Source: Trichoplax adhaerens (Eukaryota > Animalia > Placozoa). Taken from it: DNA of 64,000 nt. Shown in pieces: positions 25,991 through 40,815 of this stretch. Below the pieces are notes generated by a model. The model was not told where the DNA came from and did not search any database. It worked only from the letters and a program-made list of their open reading frames with translations. Each line of letters opens with the position of its first letter. The first letter of the stretch is position 1. Location of the stretch: assembly GCF_000150275.1 (NCBI RefSeq), contig NW_002060950.1, positions 3,257,567 to 3,321,566 on the forward strand, read 5' to 3'. The position numbers were made by a program, and so were the translations under genes.

Positions 25991-28900
25991 GGAAGCAAAG
26001 ATCACGACTCTTATTCCGATAAAGATTCATGAAAGCTAGAGTATCCAAGCGAAATTAAAGACGCTTTACACAGATCAAATGAGATTAATTAAGGTTCTGT
26101 AGACGGTAGTGATAAGAATAAGTTGTAATGCATGAGCAGTAACGGCTAAATTAAAATATATCACAAAATTGGGTAATATTTGTAAAATTGAGGCTTTGGT
26201 AACGAGTCAGAGCGACACACCGCATGCCAAAATCTTACATTAAGTTACGTAAAAGTGTTTATGTAAGGTAAGAACTCTGTTATCCTTAAGATTTAGACCT
26301 TTCCTTAGAGTTTAGTGTTGAATGGCAGAAGCGAGTATTGACAAGCATCGAAAATGGGCTAAACATGATTTCAGTTGTTTATTAGTCTCCTATAATATCG
26401 GATTTCTTGTTGTACATCAAATTAGTTTTATGTTGCTGGCTATGCAAATTTTAATAAGTTTTTGCTTTTCCTATCGTCTCTTAATTGCCTCCGATAACTA
26501 ATAAAGACGACACTTTCCAGCAAGGATATAAATCCACTCTAAATTTAATGCTATCAGACATAATTCAAAGTCGGCTACAGTATTTCCATCAAGATCGACT
26601 TTTAAAGCATTCCACGTTTGCTTTCAATACTATTACGGTATTTTATTCCATTAGATATTTTAAATTAATTGCTTTTACTATGCATTAAATTAATTTCACT
26701 GCAATGATAATTAATTTTTAATTAAATAATCATGTTCAGGTCTAAAATTCAAAATAAAGTTTGTTTACTAGGCTTAAACAAAATAATGACGAAACAGCTG
26801 CATTTTATTGATATAATAGTGAATATCGCTATAACAACGATATTTAAAAAGACAAGACTTTTACTTTTAAATATCTTCAATAGAAACCTTATCAATTATC
26901 AATCCAACAAAGATCTTATCATTAATCGAAAGCAGTTTCGTAATTTTATTAAAAACAGTGTACGTTACAATATGAACGCTTTACGGGTTGCGTTCGTAGG
27001 CAAGAAATAAAGCGCAGTAATAGTAATGTTTGATTAAGATCGAGCCACTAATGTATCATACCTTATAACCAGATTATTGAATCTAATCTCTTATAAATTA
27101 TTTACTTGCGTATGAATAGAGCATTCAAATTTCATTACTACTTCGTTTGCTATGTGCACAAATATGCAATGGCAAATTAGCAGCAAAGTAAACCTAAATT
27201 TTTGCCACTTGAAAGGCAATTAAACCATCTTGCCAAATATATGTGCTGACGCCTGATTTACATTACACTTTACAAATTTGAGCAATTTATAATGATAGCT
27301 CAAGGAATCTTGAGTTTATGTCTAGGTAGATGGATATTGTTTATTATAGCTAAAGAGAGTTTAAGATTTATTTAAATGAATTTCATTACGTGAGAATAAA
27401 GTTAGGATTTTTACGTATAAATTCAGATTTCAGCTTGAATTTTACTATGAACTTTCGAAATATAATTTATTATAACTACAGATTGTCAGCTATTTTTACC
27501 GTAGTTTCAGACAATAGACATAGAATTTTCATTCATTTTAACGATTGTTAATCATTATATTGAAAACTAATCTTTAATTTTTTCCAATTAACTTGATTTC
27601 AGTGTAACCTAGCAATACAAATATTATCGAATCTAAGACAGATTTAAATGTAGAAAGCATAACAGATATAGACATTGTTTTAAATTTCGATAATGACTTA
27701 TAAAATAAAGTTTGACGTCAAAAATAGCTGATGCTAAATTAAAAGCATTAATAACTACCGTTTATTTCGTGTTCCTAGATTATTATTAGGCATAGAGAGC
27801 ACTGAAATATAGGGATAAGAATGGTATAGCAAGAATAGAAATTCAAACTTCAATTTTAAATATAGTACAATAGTAAAATGAAGTAAAATATCTGAACAAT
27901 AATTATTCCTCGGCTTAATTTTACAAATTCTGTGTTGGTATCCAATTACAAATTTAGCTTCCTAATTCAAACTATACTTAAAAGAAATTTAAATTCTACT
28001 CCTTGATATGAATAATTGGAGATGGTTCACGGGATATAAAATTTTTTACAAAAGTTTAGGAGATACAATTTGATACGACAACTCCTGTTTACTTACTAAT
28101 GAGATGTTTCAGCTTAGTATACTACTTATTATACTAAAAAGGAGCATTGCATCGCACAAGAACAGAATTAATAATTTCTGAAAGCGCTTCAAACGGTGAC
28201 GCATTATTTGCAAAGCCATTACTATAACATTTTGCAATGTGTCATGGCTGCGATAATAACTTGTATTCATGACAACTACTGACAAGTTATAATTTTTTGG
28301 ATTTATGATACGATTTAGTCTCGTTATATGTCATGTTATTTAATAACAAATAATGACTTTTACTTATAATTATTGAAATTATTGTTTGGCTCATACTAGA
28401 AACGAAAATCAAGTAATTTCGCTAATTTCTATACAATTAATACTTACAATTTATCAGACTGGAGCTAAGATATATTAATACAAGATATTAATCTTCAACC
28501 AAAATTCAATTTAAGAAAAAACTTCTAATTCTACAATAATTCGACAACTTAGTTTAAATTTTATTCATGCAAAATTTTCTATTAATATTGTCATCTTGCT
28601 TGTTTACTACAATCAATTACCTCTATATCGTTTAAAGCTTCATTTAACATGAAAGCTAACGTCAATATTCAATTCAGAATATATCATCCATTGAGTCATC
28701 TAATTCAATATCAAGCGTCAAGGCAGAAACTTTATTTTCAATAGTAGAAAATATTAAGAACAGATTAAATCTTTTAGCTATTATTTAAAATTTTATGGCA
28801 CTGTTTGCTTTTGAATTGGTGGGAGGACACAAATTTATTAGCAATAAATGTACTAGACATTTGTTGTTTTTAATTGAGACAAAATCTGATTCTTTGATAT

Positions 28901-29126
28901 CATAAATTAATCCAACTGAAGACAAAACTCTCGGGTTGATTTGTACAATATCATATTGATACTGTATTCGTTTTTCATCCATATAAAAAGCATCATTAAG
29001 TTGTATTATGTGCAGTTCAAGAAAGTCAACCAAAACTTAAGGAAATTTAAAGATTTTTCAACGTATGATAGTTACGGAATTTAACAACGAAAAGTAATAT
29101 CTCTCTAAGTTTAAATTTGGATCATT

Positions 29127-30224
29127 ATGAATATCACATTATGTACTAGCAGCCTCTGTAGAAACGCTTCTAGCAATCTTGCTTCACCATTAGGATTCTC
29201 AACTGCGACTACTTTAATGATCGGTGGTTCAATTGGAATTATTCCCAACATTATTATCATAGCTGGTATCTACCTAAAATCATCATTGCATAAACCCACT
29301 TATTATTTAATTGCTAACTTAGCTGCAAGCGATATTATGCTCGGAATAGGAACAATATTAAATGTCATATTAGCATTAATCGATTATCAAATTGGAATAT
29401 CTAGAAAGATTCATTTATTATTATGTAAAATAATCGTTATCCTACCAAATACTTGGTCTTATACTGCTTCTATACAAACCTTAGTTATAATTAGCGCCGA
29501 ACGATATCAAGCTATATTTCGTCCGACCAAAGTATTAACAACCAGAAGAGTAAAATGGTTATGCCTCATAGCATGGGGAATATCATTAATAGTTTCAATT
29601 CCTCCTGCTATCGATGCATCAATCAGAAGACCAAAATTGCGATTTTGTATTAATAATGGAAAATACACTTATTGGACAACGGTGATTAACCTTGTCTTAT
29701 TTATTTTCCAGTTTGCCCTTCCAGCTGTCGTTATGACTGTACTATATTCATTAATACTTCGCCAATTGAGTAGAGGAAGCATCGTTGGACAAATTGAATC
29801 AAGAAAAAGTAAAAAGCTTAAACGTAGAACTATCTATATGCTATTAATAACAACATTTACGTTTCTAGCATTAGCAACACCTTGGGCACTAACTTTAGCA
29901 ATTGTAGCAATTACAGGCAAAATAACCTCACAAATCATTTCAAGCACAAATAATCCAACAATTCGATCGATAATTCGCCTCAGTATATTAATGCTTCCCT
30001 TCACAACATTGTATAATCCTGTGATATATTGTATATTTAATAACCAAATTCGGCAGTTATTCATTCCAACTTGTAAATTATTTGCCAGAAGTAAATACTT
30101 TGCTGTTCTTCCAGTAGCACAGCAAGACTCTAACAATATGAATAATAAAGATTCAACACCAGTAGTGCTAACAGCTCATTCCCAATCATTATCCAAGCAA
30201 GATACTTTAGCAACAATTCCGTGA
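29127..30224 (+). CDS. Intronless class A GPCR, cluster member (365 aa)
   Basis: N-terminal CxxxxC, GIIPN, NLAASD, SAERY, FQFALP, ATPW, YNPVIYCIFN. Confidence 0.95.
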   Translation: MNITLCTSSLCRNASSNLASPLGFSTATTLMIGGSIGIIPNIIIIAGIYLKSSLHKPTYYLIANLAASDIMLGIGTILNVILALIDYQIGISRKIHLLLCKIIVILPNTWSYTASIQTLVIISAERYQAIFRPTKVLTTRRVKWLCLIAWGISLIVSIPPAIDASIRRPKLRFCINNGKYTYWTTVINLVLFIFQFALPAVVMTVLYSLILRQLSRGSIVGQIESRKSKKLKRRTIYMLLITTFTFLALATPWALTLAIVAITGKITSQIISSTNNPTIRSIIRLSILMLPFTTLYNPVIYCIFNNQIRQLFIPTCKLFARSKYFAVLPVAQQDSNNMNNKDSTPVVLTAHSQSLSKQDTLATIP

Positions 30225-31206
30225 TATATAGATCGAAATTTCGTCTTTCATATTTTTGATCTATTACCTAGCACTGAGTAAAAATTAAGTGCCACGGTAT
30301 CGCGTTTACAATTTTGCAATGTATCACTTGATCTAAAAAATTCTATGTCTGTATTCTTGTCACTATTATGAATGCGCGATTCATAAGTATCAACATCTAC
30401 AAAACTAAGGCCGGCGTTTAAGTGTTTAGTTTAACACAGAATACCCATTGATAATGTTCGCTGTATAAATGCTATAATTGGACTTGTTACAAAAATTGAC
30501 GATAATTAATTTCAGTAGTTATACCTTCCTATAACATGTATTTCCTTTACTTACCCTACTTTTACTATCAATTATGTGAATAGCATTTCTGTCATATATA
30601 AAATGTATTTAACTTTAGCAATGAGAAAACACTGTATTACAAGCAGCCTTGAAAGATACAGCAAGAGCAGATTATTAATCATTTAGAATTTAACTGAGGT
30701 ATTTATTTTATCTATCATTTAAATTTTAAAGTGACAAATAAGTAGTTTCAGCTTTAGTTATTATCTTTACATACTGTTCTTAATTTATTCATGTGCTAAA
30801 AATGAACCATTTTAGTGAAATAAAATTCTCATTTTGTTTGTTTGAGCGAATGCGATATAGCCCTACATGCGCTCTGCTATTGGTGCTAAGAATGGATTGT
30901 ATTAAGTTAATATTATAGTTATCCTCTAATAGCTTCAAATTTTACACTTGTTTATTTGTCCGAGATATCTTAACATTTAGGATTGAAATCGCTCTTAAGC
31001 TACAAAAATAACCTAAATCATTGATATTTATTAACTATCACTTCCATTAAAGAAACAAAAATAAACACTGAAAGGTGATTTAAATAATTACTATCACCCA
31101 TTGATTGTCTACATAATAATTGCAGATAGGAAAAAATTTGACACCAAAGAAGATATAGCAATCAGTAGCTTTATCTTCCTATTATTTTGGATTTATTATT
31201 AATCAT

Positions 31207-31829
31207 TGTCACAAAACAGCTTTGCAATAAGATAACGTAATGTACGATCAATAAGTCAATTCCTTGAACCACGTATCAAGGAACGATATCTGCACTATCA
31301 CGAACACTTTTGCTCTACTAGCAGACTACACAAAGACTTAGACGCCTCGTATTTTACGTTAAACACTAAGTTTGAGAATTCACTTTATTTCACGATATAC
31401 TGCATTTATATACTATTCCTCAATAGTTTATGAGTCATACAATTAACATTAGAATCATTTACTGAATTAGATATTAATTTTAGCTACTGCTCCCTTAATG
31501 CAGACAACAGTATTTACGAATATAGACATGTAATGACTAATACAGAATAGTCAGATTACGATATGTCCTATCACGGAACATTTCCATGATAATTTACAAT
31601 CTACCATAAGTAAATTACAATCACAATGATTCGAACTGTAAGTAGATGATTTGCATTCCCTATTATAACTATTAATTTCAGTATGAGTATAAGTGTCACT
31701 GTCATAAAAAGTCAGTGCTATATTAAAACACAGTATATCCAAAATAGAAGTTAACTAAATAAGAATAAGCTAACAGAATTATCATAACATAGATATTTCT
31801 ACTCTAATACAGTATATAACACTGTTATA
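31207..31829 (-). mobile_element. Family A element, copy A3 (623 bp), TSD ATCAT
   Basis: Near-identical to A1; ATCAT at 31202-31206 and 31830-31834; terminal ACA mutated to ATA. Confidence 0.9.
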
Positions 31830-33745
31830 ATCATTTAAAAGAATTGAATACCGGCCTTTTTACTAAATCTGAAGATTTGACGCTAATAGTAGTTACTAAG
31901 TTTGGGACGCAGCTGGCTTGATATTTATCTACATTTCTACCAGATCTTGATCGACGCTCTAATTTCTTCATATTTTGTTTAAGGGGAAAGAGATGTCTGT
32001 ATAGAGGAAATAATAATGGCTGACTTCTAGCTGAAAGCTGCGGATACTAAATTGAATGAAATTTTTGTTAACTTTAATTCTAAGATTTAGATAAGTCATG
32101 TCACTTTACGTAGTAGTTTCTTCTAAATACACAATATTTAATGTTATAAATTCAGAGAAATTACATCAGTTACGGTTCTAACAGTATTGATAGCATAATC
32201 TTAGAACACAGATAAGTTAAAAATTTTCAATATTTCGCCAAAATTTTTAGTTGTTCACCGCATTTGAGTTTCTATAACAGGACATTGAAATTCAAGATGA
32301 AATCAGTCCCTAAAGCCTTTTTTGCCCTTGACGGATTTTTATTGTAACTTATACATGATTATAAAAATTACAAATCATGTCAAAATCGCATTAAACATTC
32401 GATAGTCTTCATTGAAGCCGCGTTCACTTGCATCTGCCAACAATATCAAAATAGATGAATCGCCGATATTAAAGTGGAAATAATAAACAGATTATATAGT
32501 AACATAATTTAGAATTACATCCATCATTGTTCTAATAATTCTACATAAACGACAAAATTTGACTGACTACCGCATCATGCGATAGGATAAGACAAAAGCA
32601 ACCACGAATATGATTGTCAACGCGAAGTGATTATAAATGCTTTACGAAATTAGCATCTATAATTAATCCCGATGAAGATCTAATTGCAATACAAAGCAAA
32701 AGTACCAAAATCGAGACCTGTCGTAAGATTCTAAGGTATGTAAGCAATATCTCTGAAATTTGCTTTGATTGATATATTATTAAAAGAGCTATAATTTAAT
32801 ATTGAAAAATTATGGAATGGAAGTTTGCATGGCTGCAATATTCTCAAGATTTTGTCAAAAGTTAAGCATCAATTAATTTCAATTTAAGCAGAAGATTTTG
32901 AATTTAAATGCAAGAATTTTTAATTATTCTAATAACTGTAGAAGCATTGACGACAAAATAATTTATATCGAAACGAAGTAAGACTGCCTGTGTTAGCCAT
33001 AGCTCATTTATACTGTACAAGATTACTTTAATTTATGCGAAAAAATTTATCGATTATAAATTTTTTTCGCCATTTCATTCAATTCTTTTTATGTACTTGA
33101 TTCATTCCAAGCCTATTTTTATTTATAAATAGGAAAATGATGTAAAACCCTTTCTTATAGCAAGTAACGAATTTACTATAAGAACGAATTTGGCCATAAA
33201 ATGTTGACAACTATTAGCGATACTTAGCGTAACTATTGCATGTCATGTCATGTCATTAAACAAAATTATAAATGCGGAACAATCTCAGATGGCAAAAATC
33301 TGAAATATACGATGAAAAAATTTCCTTAGCCTCTACTAACCTGCTAAGGTATCTAATGTTTAATTCTAAGTTTATTATGGTCTAGGCTAATAACCATTAT
33401 GTCAGCATACCACAATGGCAAAAGAAAGCACCATTAACACGTAGCTTCTTCTGAATTAAAGAAGCTTCCATACAAATCGATTATTTCCTGTTTACAGATT
33501 GTCAATTACTAATAATAATTTAACGGTTAAATATGATTTAAAGTTCTGAAAACTTCAAAATCAGTCTCGATGCGTAGTTAATATACTTATTTTCTAGGAT
33601 ATTTTATATGGAGAAGCTGAGTTTTCCACGAGGGATCGTCGTTTTCATATTATATGTCCAAAGCAATTTCGTTCCTTCAACACAAATGTATTCATTTTAG
33701 TCAATTTAGATCATAGTAAAGGTATATTGACTTCTAATATCGCTA

Positions 33746-35116
33746 TGTAATTAAATGAAAAGTGTAGAAACCAAGCTACTAAACTTCTAACAAACTTTGA
33801 TTCTGTTTTCTTTGCACTCCGGTCGACTTAACAAAACTTTGACAACAAATAAAATTGGAGAAACAACCGATCAACAATTTATTATGAAAAAGTGAGAGAG
33901 TCAGATCAAACAATTTCCAAAGACTTAAATTTAAGTATTATAAGTATACAAATAAAAAACAACGAAAAAACTGAAACTGTCAACAACCAAACAACCTAGC
34001 AAAATCAACAACGCTTTAACTTACAACAGTTCGACTCCTATGGCTTTTAAAATTTAACAAGCTCTTCAAAAAAAATCTTCTTTTGCTCTCTAATTTAAAT
34101 TTTCAGATTGCACTATTATTTAAAGGCTTCGCAGAGAGCCCTCAGTGATACTTAAAATTAAATATTTATCAACCAATCACTTTTAAGATCCATTTTAGAA
34201 AATTACTTTGCATCACCTAAGAAAACAAAAATCATTCAAAGCTTAGACACAAATTACCTCATGATTCACTTACAAAACACCATAAACCCATCAAACTAAC
34301 AATAAAATACTTCAAGCTTCACTTCTAAATAAATTTTCAATCATTATACGTTACAATAGTCTAAAATTAACCTTAAACATCAAGATTTAGTCATAAAAAT
34401 AACGGTCTAACTACTTAACAATCGCACAATCAACACAACCTCTACTATTTGCAATCTTATCTTCTTTCTTCTCAACTAAACTTCCCTAATGTAGCTTTCA
34501 TGTCACTTCATAAAATTTCAAAGTTTCAAATTCACAACAAAAAGTTCAAATTTCAAAAGTCAACTCCTATAATATTTTTCAAAAATTAAAATTCAAACAT
34601 TAAAAAAAATTAAAATTAAAATTATATCGGACATAAATCCGACCGAATCCGGAATCCAAATCCTAAAAATTCGAATTTTATAAAGATCACAGCAAATCGC
34701 TTATCAAAAAATTTTATATAACAACTATGACCACTTTTTTGACATTGGTGTTGACAGTTGATGTTTTAGCGTGAAGTTATACGGTAACTGTACGATTATA
34801 GCCAACATTACAGTACTTTACTGTCATGTTATAAATACCCTTCCTCTACGGATAGGGTTTTGTTACTAAGTCGAATTCGTTTATAATCTCAATATATTAT
34901 CAAAGGCCCTTTCTGTAGACTAGGCGATTGCTTTTAAGTTATTCCTATAGTAATCTTTATAATACCTTGTAAATTAATGGAGAAGAAAAGATGGTGACAT
35001 AAAGATTTGGCAGGGTAAATCTAAAATATACTACCTTTTTCTAGGTATTTTCTGTAATAAATTAAAATAGTTACATACTAAATGCTATAAACGACTGCTT
35101 TTAGTCCTTTATTATA
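33746..35116. mobile_element. Family B interspersed repeat, copy B1 (~1.37 kb, non-coding, strong strand skew)
   Basis: Aligns in inverted orientation along its length with 48726-50913 once the nested inserts are removed; TGTAAT... start; possible 4-bp TSD GCTA; exact ends uncertain by a few bp. Confidence 0.75.
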
Positions 35117-35239
35117 GCTACATGTATAATTTCCTTAACGTACTAACTAAGTATTAAGTACAGGCAATAATATTAGTATATCGAACTTGACGAAGTTCTA
35201 ATTCTGAAATTCAGCTTTAAATCATAATTAAAATAACCG

Positions 35240-36000
35240 GATTACTTACTGCTAGTACGTTAGCGAAGTCATCGGAATTTTAACAAGCATTATCATGATA
35301 TGGGATATCTACCGTAAGAAATCCTTGCATAAATCGATCTAATACCTTATTGATAATTTCGCTCTCTGCAATATTCTTCTGAGCATAACAATTATAAACA
35401 ATCCAGCTTTGACAATTGCTGTCCAAAGCAATTAACCTTCCAATATTCACAAAATATTGTGCAAAATTTTCACTATATTTCTAAGAACTTGGGCTTGCTC
35501 AGCTTCTATTCAAGCCTCATTATTGTCAGTCTCAAGCGACATCACACCATCTTCAGACCTGCTAAACTGTTAAGCAACAGAAAAGGCAAAGCAACTACGT
35601 ATTTTTCTTTGGTCAATCTTACTTATCATATCGTTTCCGTTTATTATAACTTCGACGAATCTGAATAAACCTCCACATTTATGCATTGGATTTCAACTTA
35701 TGATGCATGGACAATCATCACTAGTAATTTACTCTTCATTTTTCAATTTGCTATTCCAAGCGAGAAAATGATTATGCTATATTCCTTGATACTATTCAAA
35801 TTAAGTAGGAAAGCTATGGTTGGACAAATTCAATCTAAAAGAATTTTCAGCTCAAGCGTCAAGCGATCTATATGCTATCGTTGACAACGTCTCCTTCATT
35901 AGCTTTTTTGCACCATGGGTGATATCGAATGCTTTCGCCTTAATATCAGGAAAAGTGCTGATTAAATCATGACGAAATTCAGGAAGTTCATTTATCCAAG
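35240..36000 (+). pseudogene. Heavily decayed GPCR pseudogene (TM1-TM6); TM7 lost at an element insertion
   Basis: Translates in pieces as VIGILTSIIMIWDIYRKKSLHKSI*YLIDNFALCNILLS...LIIVSLKRHHTIFRP...WTIITSNLLFIFQFAIP...APW, with stops and frameshifts. Similarity ends at about 36000, where family-E elements begin. Confidence 0.88.
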
Positions 36001-36014
36001 CTGTCTTGTATGAG

Positions 36015-36577
36015 CGTCACGTTACGAATCACCAAGAAGAGTACATGACTAAATTTAGTGTTTAATATTTATATATAGAGATAACTAATACAGTAAGAGC
36101 TATGGTAATTATTATTATTTTGTTACAGTAAATTATACTGTATTGTAGTAAGAGTTCTCATAAGGTAACTAATATTAATTGATGATAGTGCTATGTCTTG
36201 TAACGCTTGTGGTGAATATTCTGAAGATATTCAATTGTAGATGATACTATAAATAATTCTATGTGTGGATATACTGTAGTCTAATGTTCTAGAATCGTTT
36301 AGTATATGTCCAAAATTATGAATACTGTCTGTATTAATTTAGCTATCCGATATGAGCTATATTTCATGAACTGTTATGACTCATACATGATAGCTGCTGC
36401 CGAAGTGTATTTAAGCTCGGCAGATAGTAGAATAAAAGAATAATTATATAGTTGTTTTAACGTAGAAGCAAAGGCGTCTAAATTCTTGTGAAGTAGTTAA
36501 GGGATACTGAATCCCGTAAACTATAGTAATTTAGAAATTTGTTTACGTTATATTTGTCGCGAATCTGGTTTGTAACA
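36015..36577 (+). mobile_element. Family E element (563 bp), TSD ATGAG, inserted into an inverted older E copy
   Basis: (C)GTCAC...GTAACA; ATGAG at 36010-36014 and 36578-36582. Confidence 0.85.
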
Positions 36578-36953
36578 ATGAGCCATAACAGTTCATGAAA
36601 TTTAGTTAATATTGGAAAGCTAAATTAATACAGAAATTATTTATAATCTTAGATATGTTAGTGAATGATTGTAGATAGTTAGATTAAAGTATGTCTATAC
36701 ACAGAATTATTTATAGTATCATTCATAATTGAATATCTTCAGGATATTCATCACAAGCGTTATAAGACATAACACTGTAATCAATTAACATTACTTACCG
36801 TATTAGAGCTCTGGCTACAGTACAGTATAATGTACTGCAACAAAATAATAACTACCGTAGTTCGGACTGTAAGTTATTATTAGCTATCTCCATATATAAA
36901 TGTTAACCTCTAAATTTAGTCACTTACTCTTCACGGTGGTTCGTACAGTGATA
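36578..36953 (-). mobile_element. Older, truncated family E copy (a few more bases lie at ~35999-36014, left of the nested insert)
   Basis: Reverse complement matches 36015-36385; ends ...GGTTCGTACAGTGATA. Confidence 0.8.
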
Positions 36954-38780
36954 CACTACTGTTTAACTCATCCTAGATGTCGGAAAAACCGATAAATCAG
37001 AATGTATCAAATACCACGTAAGGATTCTAGCTATTCGAATATGTACGACCGGAAGAATAGTAGATTCCGATGCACATTTGTTACAGTTGCATCATGGTAA
37101 TACATTAATTTCTGACTGTATTGATTAAAATAATATCTAAAACTGAATCATAATTCAAGGAGTAAAATTCCACTAAATAACATTATTTTGAAGACGAAAA
37201 ATTTTCAAGTCATCTAAACATAAAATTTTATAATTTATAAAAATTGAAAGTTTGGAGGATAATTTATTGTGCATTTTTAAATTAATAAGATCTTTATCTC
37301 ATCTACTATGGATAAAAATAAGAGTGTGAAAAAACACGAAGATTACTAATATACTGTTTACTACCTTCTAGAATCTGATTATTTGAATTACTGCATAACT
37401 GATTAGTATAGTATAATTTAATTGTATAGCAATTTGCGAAATGGCCTAATAAAGTAATAACTCTCATGAAATCAAGATAGAGAGACGCCAAAATTGAATG
37501 CGGTCGTTATTCATTATTCTCCTCGCGATGGCAAATAAATTAGTAAAATATGAATCTTCTACTTAGTAAAAAATTGAGCTACAGGCCAGGTAAATACTAT
37601 TTCCACGACAGCAATATATCTGAATCATAATAATCGTACTCGTAATCTAATGTAGCGATTTAAAATTTGTTAAATTTGATATAAATCCCTAGGGAAGCAT
37701 TCGTCATATAATTTCTCTATAATAGTCCTGCTAATATACTAGATTTAGTTATTATACTTCATGTGGAAGAATATTATTGTCATAATGACTACCTACAATT
37801 ACAGAGCTAGTTTATTAGTAGTTGATCATTGACTTTTCAGAGTACTCTAAATGAGTTAACTGCAATTTCTAAGAGATGAATTTGGTATCAACTGAAAAAA
37901 ATCTTTTTATTTTTATTCGTATTTAATACAGCGGCATCATTTTATACTTTTTTCGAGTAATATAATGTTATATGATACTTGCATTACTTTTACTTAAATA
38001 AAGCTTTGTTTTATACGGGACAAACTATTGAGTAAAACGTTTGAGAATCTAAATTTACTTTCTTCCATTGAAAATTTCTGACTGTAATGCCTCAGTTTTT
38101 ATATAAATCATGACTTATCTACTTGACAAATCATAAATGTGTAACAAAAGTCTATCTTCACTATGCTTATTACTAAATTTAAAATACCAGACCAAATGAA
38201 AGTTACTACATTCTGTATGACAGTTTTGTCCAAGCACCTTTATGTGAACATATTTCTTCTAGTAAAAGTAGTCGTAAGCCTTAGTTAACTTTAATTGACA
38301 CATCAGATTTTGTAATCTAATTAAATATTGATAGTTTTCAACCTTACAGTAGACTAATTTCGTAAGCAGACAGCAGTATTAAAATTTAAAACGACCTTGA
38401 AACCTAATTTTTAGACTATTTTCTCGATTCAGATAACTGTCTACAATCGTTTGATGTCAATACAAGAGCTATATCAATAATGGAATGTTGTCTTAGCATA
38501 AAATTCTGTGTATAATAATGGAATGCATATTTAGAAACTTTAAAATAGATTCATTATAAACCAAAAGTACTACCATCATACCATGTATTATCTAATAAAA
38601 AGGATTTTAAACATTATCCTAAGCTGATTTCAATGAAACCGCGATAGCAATGATTGACATATGTCTACATAAAAATAAGAACGCATATAGTACTAATTAA
38701 TTAGTGCTGAGCTAATTTCTAAACAAACTGTGATATATTTTTGTAGTCTCATCCAATATACTAAAAATTTATAATCATAT

Positions 38781-39217
38781 TGTCACGGTACGAACTATCG
38801 TGAAGAAATAGCTATCTTAATTTGGTGAATATAATATGGTGATAATATATTACAACTAGTTACTTACAATAGGAATTACTCTAATTATATATGGGTTACA
38901 GTAAATTTAATGTTGTGCTGTAATGTGCACTGAAATGATTCTGGGAATGGATATGTTGTAGTCCGAATGTGAAAAATTAATTAGTAGATGTTCTCACCTA
39001 AATATTTTTATAAGATGACTCATGAATGTTAGCTGCTGCTAGAAGGGTATATAAGCCCGTCAGATAGTTGCATAAAGTAGTTCGCAATTGTCTAGTTGAG
39101 TTTAACGTAGAATCAAAGGCGTCTAAATTCTTGTGAGTAGGTATACTGAATCCGCAGATTTTTAGAGATTTAGAGATTTATTTTACGTTATCTTTGTCAC
39201 GAAGCTGGTTTGTGACA
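38781..39217 (+). mobile_element. Family E element (437 bp), TSD CATAT/TATAT
   Basis: TGTCAC...GTGACA perfect terminal inverted repeat; 4/5 TSD match; TATA-like GTATATAAG near 39047. Confidence 0.82.
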
Positions 39218-40815
39218 TATATATATAGCATCTATTACTATAGGATGATTGTAGTATTTTAAAAGACAAAACAGAAATGAAAGTAACTGATACAATTCCA
39301 ATATTCCAATGTGATAACATACTTTTAATTATAATATTATTACACTCGTGTCTAATGCAATTTTTTATGATTAGATCTACACTTACTAGAAATAGTTAAC
39401 GGCCTGTTACTTATCTTGAAATTTACTGGAGTAATTACTAAATATTGAAAGACTGATAAATTGTATTTATTAAATGCATTTATACTTACTCCTTTAAGTT
39501 ATCGCAATCTATCATATTTTTACTATATTTTTGTACGCCTTAGAGTTAAAAGATGTAGCATACTGCGTATCTAATAATTGGTTCTGTAACTGTAACTTCA
39601 TCATAACACTTATACTGTATGTTACATTTAGAGTAGAAGTTTTTAAATTTATTCTAATTCACTTTTGAATTTTTCTATGGAAGAATAAACGTAAAGTTCC
39701 TTAGGAAAAATAATTACATGGATTATCCACAATAGCTCTTCAGAATGTAGAAAATTTAGCAGCGTTAATTTATCTAAATTGATAAATATAAAAGAATTAT
39801 TTAACCATAATACAAGTAAAGTTGATTAGCTAATGTAAATTCTATATTCGAGAAAAGAGATGGAATTTTAGTGTGGAACTCAAACAATTATTTGATAATA
39901 ATTATGATATTGATCAATATCTTAGTAATTAATCACAGTTTATATCTCAATGATGAATAGAAATTATCTATTAAATATTCCATTAACAATTATTGTATAG
40001 GAGACAATTACAAAATTCTAATTTAAATATTAAAAATGTCTTAATAAAAGAAAATTATCATTTTCACTCCTTTAAAATTATTTTTTTTTAATAAATATGT
40101 CGTTTTATTACTTTATCCATGAAAATGTCTGAAATACCTAACTTGAGTGGCACAAGTAGCACCACCGTTTGTAATTTAACGTAATCAAGGCATCCAAAAC
40201 CTTATAGTTAATAATGATAGCAACTTTTATATTGCTTATCTAGACTGGGTTAGCATCTGTTAATTCAATTATTCGCATTTTAATAAATATGCACGAAACT
40301 TAGCCCTTATTAGCTTCAATTTATTTAAAAGAATTAATTTTTCAAGCAAGCAATTAAAAAATTCTTCAAAAAAAAAATAGCAAGTTTACTCATTTTATAA
40401 TTTTTTTAACCATTATTAAGCTATTAATAGTCTAACTTTATAAGTATATATGGTTAGGATTTAATCAATACCTGGATTCTGCAATTCTTTCCATAAGTGT
40501 TATTGTCAAATCAGTTTGATATTTCTGGCCTTAAAATTATTATCCAATGAAGAAATTTTAGAAAATGTCACACCACCGTAAAAATTTAAAATTTTTAATG
40601 ATCTACATTATAGGACATTACTTGTTAATACGCTGTTGGAGTAGACATTTTCATTTTAACTAGGAGGTTGTTTAGAATTACGCAACATAATTTTTTGCGG
40701 TAGTGTATTGGCATAGTAAAGTTATATCAATTTGTTATACTAATATATCATGAATAACGCTAACCTTCGACCTAATTGTTTATAATATAATTATTACCGT
40801 CCAAGTACGAAATCC

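Noticed and set aside
29834-30136. Antisense and alternative-frame ORFs overlapping GPCRs (also 58314-58664, 45155-45346, 53420-53605, 3890-4084)
   Set aside because: These are shadow ORFs of real coding sequence with no independent features.
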